DNA from: a bacterium
GTDB lineage: Bacteria; Oederibacteriota; PGYV01; Palsa-1178
Reading direction: 5' to 3'
Length of the DNA: 23,547 nt
NCBI GenBank assembly: GCA_037138355.1
Contig: JBAXIL010000028.1
Location: 1 to 23,547, forward strand
The notes beneath the pieces are model-generated. The model had not been told where the DNA came from. It made no database searches and saw nothing but the letters and a program-made list of their open reading frames with translations. Made by a program: the position numbers and the translations under genes. Positions 16,859 to 23,547 of the stretch are shown here, one piece after another (position 1 is the stretch's first letter; each line of letters opens with the position of its first letter).

Positions 16859-17788
16859 TTATAAGAACTTAAAACTACACTGCACATTATACGAATTATC
16901 TAACCTCAAGAACATGTAAGCAAAATCAATATTCATTGAAAACTCTTTTTTCTCGCCAAATTCAAAATGCCCAATTCCTATTCCTATCATATATTCCCTA
17001 TACGATTCAAAATCCATTGTTTGACTAAAACCGCCCCTAATATCCACATAATCAAATAAGGTCTTTTCAATTCCTATTTTTAGCTTATCTAAATCCGACA
17101 AAGTCACTGAAGCAATAAAATCTTTAATTTTATAACTTGCCCCTAAGTCAGTAGTCAAACCCACACCTTGCATACTATTATGTGCTATCCCATTCCAATT
17201 TGCCCCCCACCACATAGCAGAAACAGCATCCCTAACAAAAGCTCCTATTTTCAGTTCGGGATTAATAGCATAAAGTATTCCTAAATCCAATCCAAAACCA
17301 CCTGCACTTCCCTGAACCCTGTCAGCTGACCCATTGGAATTATTTCCAAATCCAGCAAACTGTAGTTTGAAACTTCCACCCAAGCATAATCCTTTAATAC
17401 CTATATTGCCTAATAGCCAGTCAAGTTTTTCACTGTAAGATAACAAGAAAGTTTTTTCGTCAAATAAAGAATCCCCAGAAACAATTAAACCAAAGCCAAC
17501 ACCTCTATCAGCATTTATCGGCCAGATAAAAGATGTGATATTGTAAGGAACAACTCCTAAATAATTAGTGTACATAAAAGTAAAATCCTTATACTTGGAG
17601 TTGACAATACCAGCAGGATTATAAAATACTGCCGAAGCATCATCTGCAATCGCAGTAAATGCTCCAGCCATAGCAGCAGGTCTGGCAAGACCCACATCTA
17701 TAAAAGAACCAGGTGTTATTGGCTGCCCAGCAAAAATAACTGTCATGGAGAATATAACTGCTACTATTAAAAATAATGTTTTTTTCAT
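16859..17788 (-). CDS. PorV/UPF0164-like outer-membrane beta-barrel
   Basis: Signal peptide; ARPAAMAGAFTAIADDASAVFYNPAGI; GFGLDLGILY; C-terminal IDFAY..SFKFL; GGAGG RBS. Confidence 0.87.
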   Translation of the reverse strand: MKKTLFLIVAVIFSMTVIFAGQPITPGSFIDVGLARPAAMAGAFTAIADDASAVFYNPAGIVNSKYKDFTFMYTNYLGVVPYNITSFIWPINADRGVGFGLIVSGDSLFDEKTFLLSYSEKLDWLLGNIGIKGLCLGGSFKLQFAGFGNNSNGSADRVQGSAGGFGLDLGILYAINPELKIGAFVRDAVSAMWWGANWNGIAHNSMQGVGLTTDLGASYKIKDFIASVTLSDLDKLKIGIEKTLFDYVDIRGGFSQTMDFESYREYMIGIGIGHFEFGEKKEFSMNIDFAYMFLRLDNSYNVQCSFKFL

Positions 17789-17796
17789 ATATCCTC

Positions 17797-18192
17797 CTAT
17801 TTGACCAGCGCAATGCTGTCAATTATTTTTTTCTTCCCTAAATTATCTTCAACTACTATTTGTAAAATATACCTACCATTCAAACATTCTCTGCCACGAT
17901 TATCTTTACCATTCCAACTATCAGTACATAAAATCCCCACCTGACGAAGTTCCCCATCAACTATAGCCCGAATCAACTTTCCTGCCATATTATATATTTT
18001 TATAGTTGTTTTAACACTCGCAGCGGTTTGTGAATCAATCACATATTTAATTTGTATTGGCCCGCTATCCGGAGAAAATGGGTTAGGAGTATTTTCGTGA
18101 TACAAAAAACCGATTGCTTGAAGTGGAGCAACAAATAAAACTGCCACAATAATAACAGCCATAATTAATGATAAATGAATTCTTTTTTTCAT
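17797..18192 (-). CDS. Exported protein consisting of a single FlgD-Ig/T9SS-CTD-like domain
   Basis: ATG 18192 with GGAGG RBS; signal peptide, then PNPFSP..IKIYNMAGKLIRAI..WNGKDNRG..NGRYILQI. Confidence 0.88.
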   Translation of the reverse strand: MKKRIHLSLIMAVIIVAVLFVAPLQAIGFLYHENTPNPFSPDSGPIQIKYVIDSQTAASVKTTIKIYNMAGKLIRAIVDGELRQVGILCTDSWNGKDNRGRECLNGRYILQIVVEDNLGKKKIIDSIALVK

Positions 18193-18208
18193 AGTTCCTC
18201 CAATAATT

Positions 18209-19657
18209 TTATTTAAATGAATAACTAATTGCGGTCTTAAGAACTGATAATGGGAATACAAATAAATCAACTTCCCATTTTAAATAATCTCCAAATGGTA
18301 TTACAACTCCTGTCGATAGCATTGGCAAAGGAAACCAAACCAAATTCTTGTCTTCACCATTCGTTTTTTGATAAAGCTTACTATATATTACGCCAGCGCC
18401 TATTTGCCATATTCCAAAGTTAAAACCTAAATTGACAGAGTCCATCATATTTAAATACATTTGAATATTGTCTGTACTATTCTTGTATTGTAAACAATAG
18501 CTATCAAAATAATGGGTATAGTTAAGGACTGTTGTAACACCACCTTTGTAAGCAAATGTAAATCTTGCAAAAGATGGGAGTTTGAGTTTCAAAGTACCGT
18601 CAGCCCCAGTATATGTTTTTGCTTGCGTTTTTGTAAAATCTACTGAATCAATACTATCTGGTATGGTATGATAAAGAATATCAGGTTTCCCCCTGTAAGT
18701 AATCTCTGGCTGTACTGACGCATCCGCACCAAGTTCTAAAGTATCATTCAAAAAATGATAACTTGTACCAAATCTCAATCCCCAACCCTCACCTATAATA
18801 TCCGCATAAGCTTTTTGTGCTAAGCTATCGTTCTCATTTGTATTAAATTGTTTAGTGACGCTATTATATGTTGCACTGCCATCTATTTCCCCTCTACCGT
18901 TTAAATAAAATCTCGAATCATAATGTTCAGCTACTATTCCTATACCCCATTCTGGAGTAAGTTTTCTTCCCACTCCAAATGAAGTCACTATATTATCCGC
19001 GCGAAAATTAATCAAAGCGCTTACTTGGGCAGTTATTGTAATATGATCCGAAGAATCCACAATGACGGTTGCCTCAAGCCCTGTCAGCATTAGCGAAAGA
19101 TCAAGTGATGTTTTATTTTCTCTGGCAAAAGCCAACGCTGCTTGCCCATTGGCAAAAGGTGCCATAACTTCAAAACCAGTCAGACCTGTTGTCTGCCCAA
19201 AATAAGCGTCTACATTATCCATAGTAGTTGTTACGCCTGCCGATTTGGTCATACTTTCAAAAGAACTTGTGAGCTGATCATTAACTGTTTTTTTAAGGAA
19301 CTCATTAAAAGTACCTTCCTTTAGAGTATCTCCTGCAACTGTCTTTGCCAAACCATAAAGCACATTGCTGGAAATAATACTCACTGGGACAAGTCCAACT
19401 GATGCCGTGGTATAATTCAAATAGCTAAGGGCTGCTGGATTATATGAAGTAAAACTAATCTGGGAATCAAGTGTGGACTGAGCCCCACCCATTCTAAGAG
19501 CATCTCCACGAGACCCATACATGAAATCAGTATCAAATCCCAAATTAAAAGAAAAAGAACCACCATGAAAATCAGTCAAGGAAATTGTTGTCTCAGAAAA
19601 CAAAAGATTATTGAATAATAAAGTTAGGACAGCCAAAAACATAATTTTATTTTTCAT
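18209..19657 (-). CDS. Large FadL/PorV-superfamily-like outer-membrane beta-barrel
   Basis: Signal peptide; ALRMGGA..YNPAAL motif; amphipathic strands (GWGLRFGTSY, LKLPSFARF); C-terminal ISYSFK. Confidence 0.7.
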   Translation of the reverse strand: MKNKIMFLAVLTLLFNNLLFSETTISLTDFHGGSFSFNLGFDTDFMYGSRGDALRMGGAQSTLDSQISFTSYNPAALSYLNYTTASVGLVPVSIISSNVLYGLAKTVAGDTLKEGTFNEFLKKTVNDQLTSSFESMTKSAGVTTTMDNVDAYFGQTTGLTGFEVMAPFANGQAALAFARENKTSLDLSLMLTGLEATVIVDSSDHITITAQVSALINFRADNIVTSFGVGRKLTPEWGIGIVAEHYDSRFYLNGRGEIDGSATYNSVTKQFNTNENDSLAQKAYADIIGEGWGLRFGTSYHFLNDTLELGADASVQPEITYRGKPDILYHTIPDSIDSVDFTKTQAKTYTGADGTLKLKLPSFARFTFAYKGGVTTVLNYTHYFDSYCLQYKNSTDNIQMYLNMMDSVNLGFNFGIWQIGAGVIYSKLYQKTNGEDKNLVWFPLPMLSTGVVIPFGDYLKWEVDLFVFPLSVLKTAISYSFK

Positions 19658-19698
19658 TTTTCCTCCATTAAAATAATTATTTCAACCACATATAAATA

Positions 19699-19726
19699 AT
19701 TATACCTAATAAGAACTCAAAGTCAA
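19699..19726 (-). promoter_or_regulatory. Sigma70 promoter of the barrel-CTD-barrel operon
   Basis: TTGACT-N16-TATAAT, about 40 nt upstream of ATG 19657. Confidence 0.65.
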
Positions 19727-19780
19727 GGTTTTTGGATATAATTAGATTATTGATTTTAGGATATGATTTGATTATCTTTA

Positions 19781-20140
19781 TTACTTATTTCCTTCCATAA
19801 AATCACGCAATTCAGTTGTTATTATTTTATGATATATACTTCCATATTCTTGATTGTTTTCCCATATTGCCTCATCTATGGTCTGCTTAATTTCATCATT
19901 TTGATCCATAATGAATTTTATCTCTAAATCAGAACCAGTTTTTGATACAGTCAGTACTTTACACTGTGCAAGCTTTTCGCATGTTTCCTTTATTTTACTT
20001 ACAGGAATTTTCAAAACCTCAGCAAGCTTAGCACCATTAGTTTTTGTTTTTTTATAGTGATTGTAAAAACAGATAATACCCAATGCTGCTTGTGTTTTTA
20101 ATAGTTCTTTAAGTTTTGCGTTTCTCTTTTCCCCATTCAT
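19781..20140 (-). CDS. Hypothetical protein, possible winged-helix domain
   Basis: GAKLAEVLKIPVSKIKETCEKLAQCKVL resembles an HTH followed by a beta-wing; has its own promoter. Confidence 0.65.
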   Translation of the reverse strand: MNGEKRNAKLKELLKTQAALGIICFYNHYKKTKTNGAKLAEVLKIPVSKIKETCEKLAQCKVLTVSKTGSDLEIKFIMDQNDEIKQTIDEAIWENNQEYGSIYHKIITTELRDFMEGNK

Positions 20141-20183
20141 AGAGTCCGCCGCCTTTCACCTTGATTATTTGTCCCTTATATAG

Positions 20184-20211
20184 AGTATATCACACAAAAT
20201 CCTAATGTCAA
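20184..20211 (-). promoter_or_regulatory. Sigma70 promoter
   Basis: TTGACA-N16-TATACT with extended -10 TGn. Confidence 0.65.
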
Positions 20212-20288
20212 CTCAGGATAAAAACCTAACAAAGAAATTGCCAAAGTAAATTATATATATATGATTATTCCTCAAAAAGTTGAATGTT

Positions 20289-20879
20289 TTATTGCTTATT
20301 ATTGTATTTATTCCACATGTCTATCGTGGCAGTATGTATGAGTTTTCCTTCAGACAAAAGATAAACTAATTTATCTTTTAAAACAAATCGTAAAAGTTCA
20401 TTTAGGGATATTTTCGTATTTATTTTGGCTCGAATTTGCTTTGAAGATTGGTATTTTCTGCTTAACTCAGTGTAATCAGCTATATAAACGGCTTTCGCAA
20501 TTGAACACATATTAATATTTCCCGATGTGTGATATTTGACTGCCTGAAGTATTTCGTTATCAATTATTTCAAAATCTTCTTTTGCTACATAAGGTCCTAT
20601 ATAACTATGCCACAGAGCTGGAACTTTCCGAGTAATATCATCAAACTTAATATTATATTTTTTTATGAAATAATTAGATTTTTTTCTACTTAAATCTCTT
20701 GCGCAATCATGCAATAATCCTGCAATTACAGCTTTTTTTTTATTCAAACCATATTTCTCAGCTAATTTTAAAGCCATATTAGCAACACCAATGCTATGTA
20801 TAAATCTCTTTTCTTTTAAAATATTTTTCAGCTTGGCTTGTACTTCAACCGAAAAATAAGCTTTCAAGTTTCTTTTCAA
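20289..20879 (-). CDS. yqeK: HD-domain Ap4A hydrolase YqeK
   Basis: RFIHSIGV, AGLLHDCAR, LWHS..G, AVKYHTSG, YIADYTE..R; TTG start overlaps the upstream stop. Confidence 0.88.
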   Translation of the reverse strand: MKRNLKAYFSVEVQAKLKNILKEKRFIHSIGVANMALKLAEKYGLNKKKAVIAGLLHDCARDLSRKKSNYFIKKYNIKFDDITRKVPALWHSYIGPYVAKEDFEIIDNEILQAVKYHTSGNINMCSIAKAVYIADYTELSRKYQSSKQIRAKINTKISLNELLRFVLKDKLVYLLSEGKLIHTATIDMWNKYNNKQ

Positions 20880-21067
20880 AACTTATGAGTTTTAGCAATC
20901 CAGTAAATAACCAACATAACTGGTATTATAATCAAGACCGCTCTCAAAATAAGTTTTTTAACTCTTTCAGAAAATCCAATTGATTTCAATCTCATTTCGT
21001 GTTCAGCCATATTTATATTTCTTTTGAATTTTTTAGCTCCTGTTTTCTTCTTTTTTGCTTTTGCCAT
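20876..21067 (-). CDS. Small basic single-pass membrane protein
   Basis: GGAGG RBS; Lys-rich N-terminus; hydrophobic segment AVLIIIPVMLVIYWI; 4-nt overlap with yqeK. Confidence 0.75.
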   Translation of the reverse strand: MAKAKKKKTGAKKFKRNINMAEHEMRLKSIGFSERVKKLILRAVLIIIPVMLVIYWIAKTHKF

Positions 21068-21116
21068 AATAACCTCCGTTTTATATTTAATTAAATACTT
21101 CTAAACATATTTTTTA

Positions 21117-21857
21117 TTATTTTGTTTTTAAAATCATTTCTTTTGCAGCGCTTGTCCAATAATCTTCCTTATCACTTTTTATCATTTCTTCACATATTGC
21201 CTTTGCAGCCACCTTATTTCCTGTCTTTATATAACTCTCTGCAACCCTTAGCTTTATGTCATTTGGATTATTTCCACCATTAAACTTCTTCTGAACTGAT
21301 TCCCATATAAGTATGGCTTCAGCATACTGCCCCATTTGAAATAGCGTATATGCTTTTCCAGAATATGCTTCAGCTATTAGTGTATTATTAGGAAATTTTG
21401 AAATAAAAGAATTAAAATACTCCATAGCTTTCTTATACTGTTCGCTATCATAATACGAATTAGCCAAACCTAAGTATGCGCTTGGTAAAGCATCTGACCA
21501 TTTATAATCACGAAGTACTGTCATGTAAAACGATTGTGCTTTCTCGTATTTTTCTTTGTTTGTTCTAAAAAATCCATACATAGCCGCCTGTGGGTCATCC
21601 AAGACTGGCCTATTGAGAAAGTAATTTGCTTGCGAGAGTATTTGCTCTGCTTTCAAATTATTGTTCTCCCTTAGATTAAGAAATAATGGCACTACAATTC
21701 CAATTACCAAAACCGAAATAGCTACAATTGTAATATTTTTAACATTACCGAGAACATAGTGCTTAAGACCTGATACAAATTCTTGCGTTTCATTTCTTTT
21801 AACCATTTTAATTATATCTCTATGTTTCATTTTATTATGTTTTGCCTTATTTTCCAT
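21117..21857 (-). CDS. Membrane-anchored TPR protein (YfgM-like)
   Basis: N-terminal TM helix ITIVAISVLVIGIVVPLFL; TPRs AYLGLANSYY, AYSGKAYTLF, LRVAESYI; AAGGAG RBS. Confidence 0.82.
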   Translation of the reverse strand: MENKAKHNKMKHRDIIKMVKRNETQEFVSGLKHYVLGNVKNITIVAISVLVIGIVVPLFLNLRENNNLKAEQILSQANYFLNRPVLDDPQAAMYGFFRTNKEKYEKAQSFYMTVLRDYKWSDALPSAYLGLANSYYDSEQYKKAMEYFNSFISKFPNNTLIAEAYSGKAYTLFQMGQYAEAILIWESVQKKFNGGNNPNDIKLRVAESYIKTGNKVAAKAICEEMIKSDKEDYWTSAAKEMILKTK

Positions 21858-21916
21858 TTCTTATACTCCTTTTATTATTCAGTTCTTATTTTACTATTTC
21901 TTAATTGATTTTATTA

Positions 21917-22519
21917 TTATTTGGAGCAAAGCGTGAGACCTGCAGTAATAGTAATAAAACTATATTGATTACCTGTGCCTCCGTCTATAGATGCCTGGTT
22001 ATACAAAACCTCGAGATTTGCTGCAAGTACATTGTTAAATGGATAACTTGCCCCAAGCCCTGCTTGGTAACCAAACGCTGTCTGGTTTAATTGTTGCAAA
22101 TCATCTACAGCAACAAGTTTATTATATCTTACTAACCACATTCCAATTCCTACCTTCAAGTATGGCCATACCACAAAACCTGGTAGATACGGTGCATAAA
22201 CTCCTTCAAGTTGCAATATTGTAGCAAAAAATGGTCCTGGAGTACCTGCCTCTTTATATGCCAAATTTGCGACTGATATTCCTCCACCAAATGAGAATTC
22301 AAGGTCTAAAGCTTTTCTTACAGAAACCCCACCAGCAAAACCAGGGTCTAAATAATTACCAGAATCAAAAATAGGTATTCCCACTCCACCACTTGCCTGT
22401 AGTAACCAATAATCTACTTTGTATTTACTTGCCACTGATTCAGCTTTAGTAATTTGAGCAGCAGCTACTGTAGCTATTCCAACAAACATAATCAAAAGCA
22501 ACATAAGTGTCTTTTTCAT
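21917..22519 (-). CDS. Small (OmpA/OmpW-like, about 8-stranded) outer-membrane beta-barrel protein
   Basis: ATG 22519 with GGAGG RBS; signal peptide; WPYLKVGIG, FGYQAGLGASYPF, ITITAGLT. Confidence 0.8.
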   Translation of the reverse strand: MKKTLMLLLIMFVGIATVAAAQITKAESVASKYKVDYWLLQASGGVGIPIFDSGNYLDPGFAGGVSVRKALDLEFSFGGGISVANLAYKEAGTPGPFFATILQLEGVYAPYLPGFVVWPYLKVGIGMWLVRYNKLVAVDDLQQLNQTAFGYQAGLGASYPFNNVLAANLEVLYNQASIDGGTGNQYSFITITAGLTLCSK

Positions 22520-22538
22520 TTTTTTTGCCTCCATTTTT

Positions 22539-23195
22539 TTATTTCACAAATACTTTCTTTACAAGCTCCAAAGAATTATTTATTGCACTTTGTATTTCAT
22601 TTTTATTTAGTCCAGCAGAAAGTAATATCGTGTCTCTGCTTTGATTATCGCATAAATTCTCCGGCAAATGCGTATCTGTATTAAAAACAAGTTTTGCTCC
22701 AGCTTTTCTTGCCATCATGGCCACATGTCCATTAGTAATGTTATGTCCAAAACGAGAAGTAATCTCAAGGCACACGCCATTTTTAGCAGCAAGAATAGCA
22801 TCTTCTTCAGTAATTTTACCTGGATGCGCAAGTATATCAACTTTTGCAAGTATTGCCGCTTTGTTAGATCCTATTTCCACTGGTTCCACAGAAGTTTCTC
22901 CGTGAAGTAAAACAACCTGAGCCCCAAGTGCGCGAGCCATTTTTACAAGTCCCGCTACCAATACAGGAGCTACATGAGTTATCTCCACCCCGCAAAGACA
23001 TTTTATATCTTTGTATGCGCGATTTGTGTCTTTGCATACTTTTCTAATTCTTTTTATGACAAAATCTATGTTTGAAATATCTACATGGTCTGTTATAGCA
23101 ATAGCTTCATACCCTTTTTTTCTTGCTCTCTGTATTAATTCTGAAGGTAAAAGTACTCCATCAGAAAATAAGCTGTGCGTGTGTAGGTCTATCAT
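22539..23195 (-). CDS. PHP-domain (histidinol-phosphatase-like) phosphoesterase
   Basis: MIDLHTHSLFSDG, AITDH, GVEITH, ILAHPG, NTDTH; start at ATG 23195 with GAGG RBS. Confidence 0.9.
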   Translation of the reverse strand: MIDLHTHSLFSDGVLLPSELIQRARKKGYEAIAITDHVDISNIDFVIKRIRKVCKDTNRAYKDIKCLCGVEITHVAPVLVAGLVKMARALGAQVVLLHGETSVEPVEIGSNKAAILAKVDILAHPGKITEEDAILAAKNGVCLEITSRFGHNITNGHVAMMARKAGAKLVFNTDTHLPENLCDNQSRDTILLSAGLNKNEIQSAINNSLELVKKVFVK

Positions 23196-23224
23196 ATTGA
23201 CGCCTCGTTTTCCCTTAAAAGAAA

Positions 23225-23304
23225 GTCTCAAAAATCTCAATGGTCTCAAGAATCTCAATAGTAAAAACAGTCTCTCCATCTCAGTGGTTGCAGAAATCTC
23301 AATA
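23225..23304. repeat. Degenerate 9/18-bp intergenic tandem repeat (RTCTCAA core)
   Basis: GTCTCAAAA ATCTCAATG GTCTCAAGA ATCTCAATA at 23225-23260; further copies at 23270, 23278 and 23296. Confidence 0.7.
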
Positions 23305-23331
23305 GTCAAAGCAGTTTTTTGTAATTGCCAT

Positions 23332-23359
23332 TCTACTCTCTACTATCTAATCTCTACTC
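23332..23359. repeat. 4 x 7-bp intergenic tandem repeat
   Basis: TCTACTC TCTACTA TCTAATC TCTACTC. Confidence 0.75.
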
Positions 23360-23384
23360 TCTCCAAATTTTTCGAAGAAAAATT

Positions 23385-23460
23385 TGGTGCCCTCGAGACG
23401 AATCGAACGTCCGGCCAAAGGTTTAGGAAACCTCTGCTCTATCCACTGAGCTACGAGGGC
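23385..23460 (-). tRNA. tRNA-Arg (anticodon CCT)
   Basis: 76-nt cloverleaf: acceptor GCCCTCG/CGAGGGC, D-arm GCTC/GAGC, anticodon loop TTCCTAA, T-loop TTCGATT, encoded CCA. Confidence 0.97.
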
Positions 23461-23547
23461 ACTATTGCTCAGGCTTTCAGCTCTATTGTGATATAGTTTA
23501 ATAGAAAGGAGTAAATTAATCAAGCATAAAGTCAGTTATGGAATAAA

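Noticed and set aside
17797..18192. Flagellar hook-capping protein FlgD
   Set aside because: Only the Ig-like module is present, it has a Sec signal peptide, and there are no flagellar genes nearby.
23196..23309. N-terminal extension of the PHP protein given in the ORF track
   Set aside because: It is translated 9-bp repeat (LRFLRPLRFLRL); the PHP motif and RBS point to ATG 23195.
23196..23460. Integrative element at tRNA-Arg
   Set aside because: No integrase, no duplicated tRNA 3' end seen in the window, and the neighbours are housekeeping-type genes.
1967..23496. Other short ORF-track entries antisense to or nested in called genes (e.g. 10939-11349, 13768-14202, 16366-16581, 16500-16787, 23011-23496)
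   Set aside because: They overlap well-supported genes or the tRNA and have no recognisable motifs; the repetitive ones just mirror the TNTF repeat.

Overview
AT-rich chromosomal window from a diderm (Gram-negative-type) bacterium. PorV/UPF0164-like barrels, FlgD/T9SS-CTD-like domains and Thr-rich linkers resemble fibre-degrading candidate lineages such as Ca. Goldbacteria; that placement is inference only. Minus strand, right to left: tRNA-Arg(CCT); PHP protein; small OM beta-barrel; YfgM-like TPR protein; small membrane protein; YqeK; orphan wHTH-like protein; a FadL/PorV-like barrel + stand-alone CTD-like protein + PorV-like barrel operon; a tandem-CBM lipoprotein; Gfo/Idh/MocA oxidoreductase + xylose-isomerase-like TIM protein; metF-crcB-DUF190-two amidohydrolases-small ORF; then PorV-TPR, LacI, PorV-like barrel, ECF sigma, anti-sigma and a secreted GH8 (missing from the ORF track, runs off the left edge). 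The plus strand carries a split, active-site-divergent transketolase plus a KDDH-type RuBisCO-like protein. Best candidates for undescribed systems: (1) an ECF sigma whose zinc-finger anti-sigma ends in a T9SS-CTD/FlgD-like domain, encoded behind PorV-like barrels, with the same CGAAACT-N15-TGTC promoter motif before the anti-sigma and GH8 genes; (2) a glycan locus with no SusC/SusD, built from PorV-like barrels, CTD modules, a CBM lipoprotein and a visible LacI-type operator; (3) the RLP + non-canonical transketolase pathway. No CRISPR, rRNA or mobile element was seen. All family calls come from reading motifs by eye; no database search was run.
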